Shown: piece after piece, positions 28,573-37,380 of the stretch
Layout of the letters: the number at the start of each line of letters is the position of its first letter
Numbering within the stretch: the stretch's first letter is position 1
Origin: Deltaproteobacteria bacterium
GTDB taxonomy: Bacteria > Desulfobacterota > Syntrophia > Syntrophales > UBA2210
Assembly: GCA_019313385.1 (NCBI GenBank)
Contig: JAFDBG010000002.1
Coordinates: 4,202-68,201, forward strand
DNA length: 64,000 nt
Direction of reading: 5' to 3'
Program-made: the position numbers and the translations under genes
The notes under the pieces: generated by a model
The model's input: the letters and a program-made list of their open reading frames with translations, nothing else
The model's database searches: none
Told to the model about the DNA's origin: nothing

Positions 28573-28600
28573 AATATCACTGCGGCATGAATTATGTCAA
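28573..28600 (-). promoter_or_regulatory. Candidate sigma70 promoter for yhhQ-queF
   Basis: On the minus strand: TTGACA (28600-28595), 16-nt spacer, GATATT (28578-28573). This leaves a ~40-nt leader. Confidence 0.5.
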
Positions 28601-28652
28601 TTGATTTTTCGGAAAATTGCCTGTAATAAGGCCCGGGTTAAAGGCAGAAATT

Positions 28653-29288
28653 ATGGACAGGACATACCTTGAAGGCAGGAAATCTTTTTTGTCGGATATC
28701 AGGGCAAAGATGGATGAAGGATTGTATGATGACGCCATTACCCTCGCGGAGGAAAGATTGAAACTCTTTCCGGGGGACATGGATGCCTGTCTTGCCATAG
28801 CCTCTTGCCAGTCCGAGATGGATAGACCGGTAGAGGCCGGAGAGGTTGTTGAACAGTGGCACGATATCATGCGGGAACAGTCGCGGGTTTATGAAGTCCT
28901 GGGGGACGCGTACAACCGGAAGGAAATGACAAAAGAGGCGATAGATGCCTATATGAGATTTGCGGCGCTGAACACTGACCCGCTGGCATCCGGGCGTGTA
29001 TCTGAAAAGATTGCTTCATTGCAAGGCATTAGCACCAAAGATGAAGATGGGGATGCCGATATGCCGACAGATTTTCATACCGTCACCCTGGCCAGACTGT
29101 ATGCGAAACAGGGCCACTTCAAAATGGCAGGGGATGTGCTCGACAGAATACTGGAAAGCGATCCGGGAAATGTTGAGGCCGTGAAATACGCAAAGCACGT
29201 GAGACGCCTGATGGAAAAGGGGTGGGGGCCGGTCATTGATGAACTGGAGAGGTGGTTGAATGGACTGCAAAAAAAAAGAGGGCAGTGA
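28653..29288 (+). CDS. TPR-like helical repeat protein, function unknown
   Basis: Repeated amphipathic A/Y/L helical-pair patterns (EAIDAYMRFAALN, LARLYAKQGHFKMAGDVLDRILESDPGN). No catalytic motif was recognised. Confidence 0.6.
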   Translation: MDRTYLEGRKSFLSDIRAKMDEGLYDDAITLAEERLKLFPGDMDACLAIASCQSEMDRPVEAGEVVEQWHDIMREQSRVYEVLGDAYNRKEMTKEAIDAYMRFAALNTDPLASGRVSEKIASLQGISTKDEDGDADMPTDFHTVTLARLYAKQGHFKMAGDVLDRILESDPGNVEAVKYAKHVRRLMEKGWGPVIDELERWLNGLQKKRGQ

Positions 29289-30363
29289 ATCTTCCACGCG
29301 GGAAACCCGGATAGAGCGCGTACGATCGATGCTGTCCGGGTTTGATGTAGAGGGCATATTTTTTTTCGAAGAGGCAAATATCAGCTATCTTACAGGTTTT
29401 GCGGGGACGGACGGGGTCCTTTTTGTAGGCGGAGGGAAAACCCTTCTGCTGGTGGATGGAAGGTATATAACGCAGGCGAAGGACGAAGCGACGAGCTGCG
29501 ATATCATTAAATTCGGTGACAGGACGGAGGGCATGGCCGGAGTAGTCTCCGATCTGGGACTGAAAAGAGTGGGCATTGAGTCACCGGCGATTGACCTGAA
29601 CAGTTATCTTAAATTGCGGGACCGGGTGAAAAATGTCTTTCTGAACCCCCTGTCGGAGGAGATAGAACGTATAAGAATAATAAAGGATGGCGGGGAGGCT
29701 TCTCTTCTCAGGGAGGCCGCGATAATGGCGGCCCGCGCCCTTGAGGAAACGCTGGGGCATATCAGGCCCGGTATCACTGAAAGAGATATCGCTTCGATCG
29801 TGGAGATGAAGATGAGGGAGGCCGGAAGTGAGAAACCTTCTTTCGAGACCATCGTGGCCTCCGGCAGCAACGCCGCTCTCCCCCACGCGGTCCCCGGCCC
29901 CCGCGAGATACAAGACGGTGATTTTCTGATAATAGATTATGGAACCATGTACAGGGGTTACCACTCCGATGAGACATGCACCTTTGCCATCCGGAGTGTG
30001 ACTAAAAAACAGGCCGCTGTGTACGCTATCGTAAAAGACGCGCATGATAAAGCAGTGGATGGGGTAAAGGCCGGGATTGCCTGCCAGGATATCGACGGGA
30101 TTGCCAGGAGATATATCGGTGATGCTGGATATGGCGAATATTTTTCACATGGCACAGGACATGGCGTGGGACTTAACGTCCATGAACCACCAAGGCTATC
30201 TGAAGGCTCGAAAGATATTCTGGAGGAGGGGATGGTCATTACAGTTGAACCCGGCATCTATATTCCGGGCCTGTGGGGGGTAAGAATAGAAGACACTGTC
30301 ATGGTCGAAAAGGACGGATGTGAGATCCTGACAAAGATGCCCAAGGCTCTCAGGATACTATAA
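29260..30363 (+). CDS. pepP: Xaa-Pro aminopeptidase / M24 family peptidase
   Basis: Pita-bread metal ligands in IIDYGTMYRGYHSDET, FSHGTGHGVGLNVHE, VITVEPGIY and VRIEDTV. Confidence 0.88.
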   Translation: MDCKKKEGSESSTRETRIERVRSMLSGFDVEGIFFFEEANISYLTGFAGTDGVLFVGGGKTLLLVDGRYITQAKDEATSCDIIKFGDRTEGMAGVVSDLGLKRVGIESPAIDLNSYLKLRDRVKNVFLNPLSEEIERIRIIKDGGEASLLREAAIMAARALEETLGHIRPGITERDIASIVEMKMREAGSEKPSFETIVASGSNAALPHAVPGPREIQDGDFLIIDYGTMYRGYHSDETCTFAIRSVTKKQAAVYAIVKDAHDKAVDGVKAGIACQDIDGIARRYIGDAGYGEYFSHGTGHGVGLNVHEPPRLSEGSKDILEEGMVITVEPGIYIPGLWGVRIEDTVMVEKDGCEILTKMPKALRIL

Positions 30364-30383
30364 CTTCAGGAGGTTGTTGGTTT

Positions 30384-30851
30384 ATGCTGTTTCCGGAGGA
30401 TCTGCTTTACGGTCGTGACCACACATGGGCAGGGATTGATGATAATATCGCGACAGTGGGAATAACGGATTATGCCCAGGATAAACTGGACGAGATACTG
30501 TCTATCGAACTTTTCCCGGTGGACTCCCCTATTGAGCAGGGCGAGCCTTTCGGTATCATAGAATCTCTGAAAGTTACTACCGAATTGATTTCTCCAGTGA
30601 GCGGGTACATCATCAGCGTCAATGAAGACCTTCCCGACGATGTGGGCATCCTCAACAGTGACCCATATGACACAGGGTGGATGATTACCGTTGAAGTAAG
30701 AAATTTAGAAGGGATGGACCATCTGCTGGATGCGGAGGCATACGCGGATTATATTGACGAGGTTGAAGTGACAGATTCGAAAGAGGTGGACCCTCTACTG
30801 GACGTGGAGGAAGACGTGAATTATATTGACGAAAGTGAAGAGGTCGGTTGA
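30384..30851 (+). CDS. gcvH: Glycine-cleavage H-type lipoyl carrier protein with acidic C-terminal extension
   Basis: GITDYAQDKLDEI and lipoyl-lysine context GIIESLKVTTELISPVSG. About 30 extra D/E-rich residues at the C-terminus. Confidence 0.85.
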   Translation: MLFPEDLLYGRDHTWAGIDDNIATVGITDYAQDKLDEILSIELFPVDSPIEQGEPFGIIESLKVTTELISPVSGYIISVNEDLPDDVGILNSDPYDTGWMITVEVRNLEGMDHLLDAEAYADYIDEVEVTDSKEVDPLLDVEEDVNYIDESEEVG

Positions 30852-30857
30852 CATCAA

Positions 30858-31685
30858 GTGGACACGTGGAGGATTATCCCTTTCGAACAGTATGATCCTT
30901 TTGAAAATATAGCCATCGATGAGGCCATATTCAGGGCAGGCAGGCAGAGGGAAATGCCTCCAACCCTCCGGTTCTATGGCTGGAAGAGGCCGGCTGTGTC
31001 ACTGGGATATTTCCAGGATGCCGAAAGGGAGATAAATTGCGAATACTGTCGCGACAGGGGTATAGATATCGTCAGACGACCCACGGGGGGCCGGGCGGTT
31101 CTTCATGGGAATGATCTGACCTATTCTCTCGTGGCAGGAGAGGACAACCCGCACTTTTCCTCCGATATTGTCGAAACGTACAGAACAATAAGCGGGTGCA
31201 TAATAAGAGGCCTTGAAAAATCAGGAGTTGTAGCAAAAATGGTGAAAGAGGGCCGGCCCGGAAGCGGATCCGCGGGAGCCTTCTGCTTTGCTGCCGCGTA
31301 TAAGAATGAACTCCTCGCGAACGGTAAAAAAATCTGCGGGAGCGCTCAGGTAAGGGCAAAGGGCATGTTCCTGCAGCACGGGTCCCTTTTGATGGATTTT
31401 GATCCGGTTGCGGTCTGCGCGGCAATAATAACGAAAATTTCTGCCATGGAAGTGGAAAAGCTCAAGGCATCTGTTACTTCCATCCGTGAGAATGCCGGAG
31501 ATGATATCGGAATAGACACTTTGTGCCGTAACATTGCAGCTGGGTTTGAAGAGGTCTTGGACATACGTCTGATAGTGGGGGAATTGTCTCCCGAAGAGGA
31601 GACGCTCAGAGACAGTCTCCTTGAGAGCAAATATTTGAGTGACCGGTGGAACATGAAAGGTCGAGGGACAAAGAATGGACATTGA
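30858..31685 (+). CDS. Lipoate-protein ligase family protein, LipM-like octanoyltransferase candidate
   Basis: GTG start; RRPTGGRAVLHG and KKICGSAQVRAKG. At 275 aa it lacks the LplA C-terminal accessory domain. Confidence 0.75.
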   Translation: MDTWRIIPFEQYDPFENIAIDEAIFRAGRQREMPPTLRFYGWKRPAVSLGYFQDAEREINCEYCRDRGIDIVRRPTGGRAVLHGNDLTYSLVAGEDNPHFSSDIVETYRTISGCIIRGLEKSGVVAKMVKEGRPGSGSAGAFCFAAAYKNELLANGKKICGSAQVRAKGMFLQHGSLLMDFDPVAVCAAIITKISAMEVEKLKASVTSIRENAGDDIGIDTLCRNIAAGFEEVLDIRLIVGELSPEEETLRDSLLESKYLSDRWNMKGRGTKNGH

Positions 31686-32745
31686 AAAGATTATAAAAAA
31701 CGCTGTGCTTTTGCAGGAGGCCTATCCCATGGAAGAAAACTTGTGCAGGATCAAGCTTGACGCCAACGAAAATCCCTATCCCCTGCCCCCCGGTCTCAAA
31801 CGCATAATTTCAGAACGTCTGGAGGCTGTGTCCCTCAACCGCTATCCGGCGCCCGGTTCCCCTGGCCTGAAAGCGGATTTCGCGCGGTATTACGGGGTGG
31901 ACGAAGATACGATCCTTATCGGGAACGGATCGGATGAGCTTATCCATATATTGCTGACGGCCGTTAACGCCTCCACATCAGGCAGCGTCATGTTTCCAAC
32001 CCCCACCTTTGCCATGTATAGAATCATCGCCCTGAACACAGGACACGATATTATTGAAGTGCCCCTGAACGACCGCCTGGGTCTCGATATAGACGAGATG
32101 CTCGGCGTGATATCCGATAAAAAGCCGACCCTCATATTTCTCAGTTATCCCAACAACCCCACTGGCAAGTGCTTTAACAGAGACGATATTGAAAAGATTC
32201 TGGAGGCATCCAGCGGTCTTGTGGTACTCGATGAGGCCTATTTTAATTTTTCGGGAAAGACATTTTTGCGCGATCTTGACCGGTGGGATAATCTTGTAAT
32301 ATTGAGAACCCTTTCCAAGGTAGGACTGGCGGCCCTGAGGCTGGGCATTCTCATAGGGCATCCTTCGCTGGTTCACCACTTGAATAAGGTGAGACTGCCC
32401 TATAATGTGAATATCTTTTCACAGGTAATCGGGAGTTTATTTGTTGAACACAGCGAAAAGTTTCTGGACCTGACTGACAGGATCATTTCCGACAGGAAAT
32501 GGCTTTTTGATGAGTTGATGGCAATTGCAGGGATTATTCCCTACCCTTCAGACGCGAATTTTGTCCTTTTTAGTTGTCTTATGGAAAAAGATGATGTATA
32601 TGCGCAACTAGTTGACAGAGGTGTGCTGGTGAAAAGCTTTACATCCCCTGACATCCTCAAAAGCTGCATGAGGGTAACAGTCGGGACGGAAGATGAAAAC
32701 AGGGAGTTTATAGAGACCCTGAAGGTCGTTATGCATGGAGAGTAA
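31675..32745 (+). CDS. hisC: Histidinol-phosphate aminotransferase
   Basis: IKLDANENPYPLP and PLP-lysine context RTLSKVGLAALRLG. Confidence 0.9.
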   Translation: MDIEKIIKNAVLLQEAYPMEENLCRIKLDANENPYPLPPGLKRIISERLEAVSLNRYPAPGSPGLKADFARYYGVDEDTILIGNGSDELIHILLTAVNASTSGSVMFPTPTFAMYRIIALNTGHDIIEVPLNDRLGLDIDEMLGVISDKKPTLIFLSYPNNPTGKCFNRDDIEKILEASSGLVVLDEAYFNFSGKTFLRDLDRWDNLVILRTLSKVGLAALRLGILIGHPSLVHHLNKVRLPYNVNIFSQVIGSLFVEHSEKFLDLTDRIISDRKWLFDELMAIAGIIPYPSDANFVLFSCLMEKDDVYAQLVDRGVLVKSFTSPDILKSCMRVTVGTEDENREFIETLKVVMHGE

Positions 32746-32840
32746 TAATAAAATATAGGTAAAAATAGGGGGCGGAAGGCGACGTTGTTGCGGAGTTGTT
32801 CTGCCCCTTTTCTTGTCTTTAAAGAGGGAGGTGATCGTTT

Positions 32841-33038
32841 TTGGAAGTAAAGGTGTTTGATAACGATGTTGAAAGAGCCCTGAAAATACTGAAAAACAAA
32901 CTTTCAAAGAACGGGTTTTTTAAGGAGCTCAAGCTGCGCAGGGCTTACGAGAAACCATCTGTAAAGAAGAAGAGGAAGGCCCTGGAAGCGCGAAGAAGAG
33001 TAGTCAAGGCAGCGAGACGAAAGTGGTCGCCAAGATAG
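32841..33038 (+). CDS. rpsU: 30S ribosomal protein S21
   Basis: TTG start 6-7 nt after GGGAGGTG; EVKVFDNDVERALKILKNKL and a basic C-terminus. Confidence 0.92.
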   Translation: MEVKVFDNDVERALKILKNKLSKNGFFKELKLRRAYEKPSVKKKRKALEARRRVVKAARRKWSPR

Positions 33039-33254
33039 AGATAGAGATAGATAGCGATGGTGGTTTAGTGTCGTGTCCATCAAGAAGTGCCATTTCGACC
33101 GAAGGGAGCTATAATGCCCGTCAGGGTGAAATCCAGGATTTCTCAGTCGAGAAGACTTATTCAAAATGGCAGACCATCGTTGACATGACATTGATGGGGA
33201 ATTGTACTGTGCGAATATTGTTCCCCTGACCACCGCGCATTTTCTGAGGAGGTT

Positions 33255-33908
33255 ATGGAAGAGAAACAGTATATTGTTGATTCCCTGTCTGTTGATGAAT
33301 CGTGGCGTGTCTTCCGGATCATGGCGGAATTTGTGGATGCCATTGAGGAGCTTTCAAAGGTTGGACATGCAGTGAGCATATTCGGGTCGGCCAGAGATGC
33401 CCCCGGAGACGAATATTATGATAAGGCGCGGGAAGTTGCCCGTCTCCTCGGAGAAGAGGGTTTCGGTGTGATTACCGGAGGAGGGCCTGGCATCATGGAG
33501 GCTGCCAACCGGGGTGCCAGTGAGGCCGACGCCGTGTCGGTCGGTATGAACATACAGCTTCCCTTTGAACAAAACCCAAACCCCTACGCCAATGTAAGTA
33601 TTGCCTACAAATATTTCTTTATCCGAAAGGTGATGTTTGTCAAATATGCCATGGCCTATGTTATCCTTCCCGGAGGGTTCGGCACAATGGATGAACTCTT
33701 TGAGGCCCTCACCCTTATTCAGACTAAGAGGATAAGGAGTTTCCCCGTGGTTCTTATGGGAAGCGAATACTGGAAGGGGCTTGTGGACTGGATGAAGGCG
33801 ACCATGCTGCCGGAGGGAAAGATATCTGAAGAGGATCTTGAGCGTATTCAGGTAATCGATGAGCCCGAACAGGTGGTAAGGCATATAAAAAAGTTCGTAA
33901 TCCTCTGA
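33255..33908 (+). CDS. LOG family / TIGR00730 Rossmann-fold nucleotide-binding protein
   Basis: VITGGGPGIMEAANRGA and ILPGGFGTMDELFEALTL (PGGxGTxxE). Confidence 0.88.
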   Translation: MEEKQYIVDSLSVDESWRVFRIMAEFVDAIEELSKVGHAVSIFGSARDAPGDEYYDKAREVARLLGEEGFGVITGGGPGIMEAANRGASEADAVSVGMNIQLPFEQNPNPYANVSIAYKYFFIRKVMFVKYAMAYVILPGGFGTMDELFEALTLIQTKRIRSFPVVLMGSEYWKGLVDWMKATMLPEGKISEEDLERIQVIDEPEQVVRHIKKFVIL

Positions 33909-33909
33909 C

Positions 33910-35268
33910 ATGAAAGGAACATTGAAGACAGCCCTTGGCGATATCGGCAGGGGCAAAACGGCTCCCTGTTACCTCATATACGGGGATGAGGATTACCTGG
34001 TAGAGGATGCCACGAATCGGATCATAGACGGCATTCTCCCCCCAAACCAGAAAGACCTCAATCTCTTTCATCTGGAGGGGGAGGATGAGGATATAGATGC
34101 CATATGTAATTCCCTTCTCACACCACCTCTCATACCCGGTAAAAAAGTTGTACTTGTAAGGAACACCCGTCTCTTTCACTCAAAGGCCTCGTCGGCCGAC
34201 GTTATAAAAGAAATCACCTCAAATATTGAGAAGGAACCCAGCAGGGCCGCGAGGGCGTTTACCTCCCTTCTGAAAATGGCGGGCTGGTCCATTGAAGACC
34301 TGAAGGATGGGCAGTGGAAGAAGATCTCCGATGCCGACTGGAAGAGCGCGACTGGTGGCGCGGCAGAGACGGACAGAGAAAAATGGCTTCCAAGGATGAT
34401 AGACCTGTGCGACAGGCTCAAGATTACAGGGGGAGGAAAACGGAAGGATACAGACAGGCTTGAAAATGTGTTGAAAGATGGTATCCCCGATGGCAACTGC
34501 CTGATAATGACCGCTGGCGCGGCTGATAAAAGAAAGAGGCTTTTTAAGACCATAACCGACGTGGGAGTCGTCCTTTCCTTCTCAAAATCCAGGAATGAAT
34601 CAGGCCAAAAGGGTCTTTTCATGGACACAGTGAAAGCCTCTCTTGTAAAAAAAGGAAAAAAGCTTACGCCGGATGCCCTTCTCGCGCTGGGCGAAAAGAC
34701 GGGACGAGATCTCCGGGATTCCCTGAAAGAGATTGAAAAACTGATTGCCTACGTGGGAGACAGAGAAACCATTGACAGAAATGACATAGATGCGGTTGTA
34801 AAAAAGACCGCGGAAGATTCGGTCTTCGATCTCACATCAGCCATTGTGGAAAAAAATGCCGGCAAGGCGCTTCAGACACTCCAGCAGCTTTTTGATCAGG
34901 AAGTCAACCACATCCTTATACTCGCGATGATAGCCAGAGAAGTGAGACTTCTGCTTCAGGGAAACACAATCATTGAGTCGGGGGAAATTCCCGCTTTCCG
35001 CTCCGGTATCGATTACGGGACATTTCAGGCCAGGATCTATCCCTCGGTGAAAAATCTGGTGGACAAATATGGCCGGAAGGGTAAATGGCTTGCAACCCAG
35101 CATCCCTATGTGATCTATAAGACCTTTAGAAGTGCTGGCAGATTTTCCCGGGAGGAACTTATCGGTTACATGAAACGCCTTGCCGATCTGGATCTTGCCC
35201 TGAAGTCCTCCGGCATAGACTCGGAGCTTGCGCTGAAACGCCTGATTATAGGGATGTGCCGGCAGTGA
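33910..35268 (+). CDS. holA: DNA polymerase III delta subunit (long form)
   Basis: N-terminal APCYLIYGDEDYLVEDA and a helical C-terminal half typical of HolA. 452 aa. Confidence 0.7.
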   Translation: MKGTLKTALGDIGRGKTAPCYLIYGDEDYLVEDATNRIIDGILPPNQKDLNLFHLEGEDEDIDAICNSLLTPPLIPGKKVVLVRNTRLFHSKASSADVIKEITSNIEKEPSRAARAFTSLLKMAGWSIEDLKDGQWKKISDADWKSATGGAAETDREKWLPRMIDLCDRLKITGGGKRKDTDRLENVLKDGIPDGNCLIMTAGAADKRKRLFKTITDVGVVLSFSKSRNESGQKGLFMDTVKASLVKKGKKLTPDALLALGEKTGRDLRDSLKEIEKLIAYVGDRETIDRNDIDAVVKKTAEDSVFDLTSAIVEKNAGKALQTLQQLFDQEVNHILILAMIAREVRLLLQGNTIIESGEIPAFRSGIDYGTFQARIYPSVKNLVDKYGRKGKWLATQHPYVIYKTFRSAGRFSREELIGYMKRLADLDLALKSSGIDSELALKRLIIGMCRQ

Positions 35269-35304
35269 TGAAGTGCAATGTTAAATGTTCTCGTAAAAAG
35301 GTCC

Positions 35305-35835
35305 TCACAGCTTGTTCAATCTTCTCTGCGCCTGTCTCTCTCTTTTGGGTTTTCTCTTTGCGGTGCCTTTCTTTATGGCTCTGGATTCCGGGATATCGTA
35401 ATCATCATCTTTACAGGGTTCACCGCCCTGCATCACAGCCATCATCTCCTCTTCCTTCATTCTCGCCTCGAAGTCAGGTGAAGATATTGCCACGCCGCCT
35501 GCTTTCACAACCGAATCCGCCACGTCTCTGTCGGATGTAACAACGATGATTTCTCCACCCCTTCCCGCCATTGCCATCCTTTTTATGACCTCATCCGCTG
35601 TTTCACCCCTCCTGGAATATACAATATGGACGCCGTCCTCCCTGAGCCGTTCCTCTCTGGCAGATCCATTTGCCCACCCGTCAAAGACCACTGTTATCTT
35701 GTGATCCTTCAGCTTTTTGTACCCGGCGACTCTCTTCATCAACCCACTGCGGCCCGCCTCCAGGCTGAACCTTTCGAGACGTTTCAGAGAATCTGATTGT
35801 CTGATTAGATTATATCCGTCTATGATGATGTGCAT
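35305..35835 (-). CDS. NYN/YacP-like (Rae1 family) predicted ribonuclease
   Basis: MHIIIDGYNLIRQ, ITVVFDG and VVTSDRDV follow the layout of B. subtilis YacP as I recall it. Confidence 0.8.
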   Translation of the reverse strand: MHIIIDGYNLIRQSDSLKRLERFSLEAGRSGLMKRVAGYKKLKDHKITVVFDGWANGSAREERLREDGVHIVYSRRGETADEVIKRMAMAGRGGEIIVVTSDRDVADSVVKAGGVAISSPDFEARMKEEEMMAVMQGGEPCKDDDYDIPESRAIKKGTAKRKPKRERQAQRRLNKL

Positions 35836-35856
35836 AATTCGAGTTGCGGGTCTCGA

Positions 35857-36513
35857 TCAATCGCCCAGGATTGTCCTCATATCCTTTATTGTCTGCCCAT
35901 AATCCTCGCTGAGGAATATGCTGGAACCAGCGACGAAGATATCGACACCGGCCTCCTTCACTGCACCTATGTTATGAAGTGTGATTCCCCCGTCCACCTC
36001 AAGAAGGATATCGGGCGAGATGCGGTCAATCATATCCCGTGCCGTCCGTATTTTGGGCAACATGCTCTCTATGAATTTCTGTCCCCCAAATCCGGGGTTC
36101 ACCGTCATGACAAGCAACAGGTCAATGTCGCCGATAACCTGTTCAATATCGACTAATGGGGTTGCGGGGTTGATCGAAACGCCGGCTTTTGCACCTGCCT
36201 CCCTGATCAGGTGAACTGTCCGGTGAAGGTGAGCAGTCGCTTCGGCATGCACGGTAATGATGTCACTGCCCGCATCAGCGAAGCTTTGAATATATCTGTC
36301 GGGGTCATCTATCATCAGGTGAACATCAAGAGGGACGCGCGCGGTTTTCTTTATGGATGCCACGACAGGAGGGCCTATGGTTATATTAGGAACAAAATGT
36401 CCATCCATAACGTCCACATGAATCAGATCCGCCCCGGCGTCTTCGACTGCGAGGATTTCCTCACCGAGTCTGTTGAAATCGGCAGATAATATTGATGGCG
36501 CGATCTTTTTCAT
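35857..36513 (-). CDS. rpe: Ribulose-phosphate 3-epimerase
   Basis: IAPSILSADF, HVDVMDGHFVPN, MTVNPGFGGQKF and VDGGI. Confidence 0.95.
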   Translation of the reverse strand: MKKIAPSILSADFNRLGEEILAVEDAGADLIHVDVMDGHFVPNITIGPPVVASIKKTARVPLDVHLMIDDPDRYIQSFADAGSDIITVHAEATAHLHRTVHLIREAGAKAGVSINPATPLVDIEQVIGDIDLLLVMTVNPGFGGQKFIESMLPKIRTARDMIDRISPDILLEVDGGITLHNIGAVKEAGVDIFVAGSSIFLSEDYGQTIKDMRTILGD

Positions 36514-36514
36514 A

Positions 36515-37252
36515 TCAAAATCTCATAATGAGGGAATGTGTCACACCGGTGTCAACTTCTTTTACAGTCAACCGAAGCTCTTTTGCCTGCTCTTTTGCCT
36601 CTCCCGGAAAAAATATAAAGCCGTGAGATATGTCATCCGGGGGTACAGGCCTGTCTTCCAGAGATCTGTCATGCAGATCTTCGCCTATCTGGTGAGGCGC
36701 CTTTTCATCTGCCAATCCCTTGGTCCCGCCCATGGTAAGCCCCGCGGCAGCTCCGATAGCTGCGCCCTTGCCCGCCGCCTCGCCAATGCTGGTCCCGGTC
36801 ACTATCCCTATCGCCGCGCCGATAACAGCGCCCGCCGCGCCCGCCAGCAGACCGGTTTTTGAGCCTTCCGGGAGAATTTCTCCATATTCCGATTCCTTTG
36901 CTATACGGTCGTAGGCTATTTTCTGATCAAGGATCGGCCACAGGTTGTTCTGGATGTCCACCAGATAAGTCCTGCCCGCGACAATTTTCAGGGGATGATT
37001 CCCCCTGTTGTCAAAGATCACCTGGACGGGAAGCACTCCCGAACCTAACATATCAAATCCGAAAGCGGCCTTCGCCTCTTCCCGGGTGTATGCCTTGGCC
37101 GCTATAGTGGCTCCCGCCACTTCCGTCGCATTCGAGTAGGCACTCGGCATTTTAAAGGGCACAACTTTTCTCTCATACCTTGCGCATCCCACAATCGTAA
37201 TAAGGACAAAAAGAATGGCCCCCAGCATACAAGCCCTGTTTGTTCGTGTCAT
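36515..37252 (-). CDS. Lipoprotein with central glycine-zipper segment, function unknown
   Basis: Lipobox LITIVGCARY and a 40-aa Gly/Ala zipper GLLAGAAGAVIGAAIGIVTGTSIGEAAGKGAAIGAAAGLTMGG. Confidence 0.6.
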   Translation of the reverse strand: MTRTNRACMLGAILFVLITIVGCARYERKVVPFKMPSAYSNATEVAGATIAAKAYTREEAKAAFGFDMLGSGVLPVQVIFDNRGNHPLKIVAGRTYLVDIQNNLWPILDQKIAYDRIAKESEYGEILPEGSKTGLLAGAAGAVIGAAIGIVTGTSIGEAAGKGAAIGAAAGLTMGGTKGLADEKAPHQIGEDLHDRSLEDRPVPPDDISHGFIFFPGEAKEQAKELRLTVKEVDTGVTHSLIMRF

Positions 37253-37342
37253 GATCGATTCTCCTCTCTGCTGATTTTACGTGCGTCGAATTGGTGGATT
37301 CTATTATTTTTTGCTGTGCCTGTCAATCCGTTTTGTGAAGAC

Positions 37343-37371
37343 TTGACAGAAGGCTAAAAGATCACTATGTT
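37343..37371 (+). promoter_or_regulatory. Candidate sigma70 promoter for waaA (near-leaderless)
   Basis: TTGACA (37343-37348), 17-nt spacer, TATGTT (37366-37371). The ATG lies only 9 nt downstream of the -10. Confidence 0.45.
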
Positions 37372-37380
37372 CCACCAACT

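Noticed and set aside
28525-28600. Possible preQ1 riboswitch upstream of yhhQ-queF.
   Set aside because: The leader (~40 nt after the predicted promoter) lacks the P1 stem plus CCC and A-rich-tail pattern of preQ1-I, and it is too short for classes II or III. I cannot support the call without a covariance model.
33023-33229. 68-aa ORF and a GATAGA mini-repeat in the rpsU-LOG spacer; possible small protein or ncRNA.
   Set aside because: There is no RBS, it overlaps the rpsU 3' end, its composition looks non-coding, and I could identify no conserved RNA structure.
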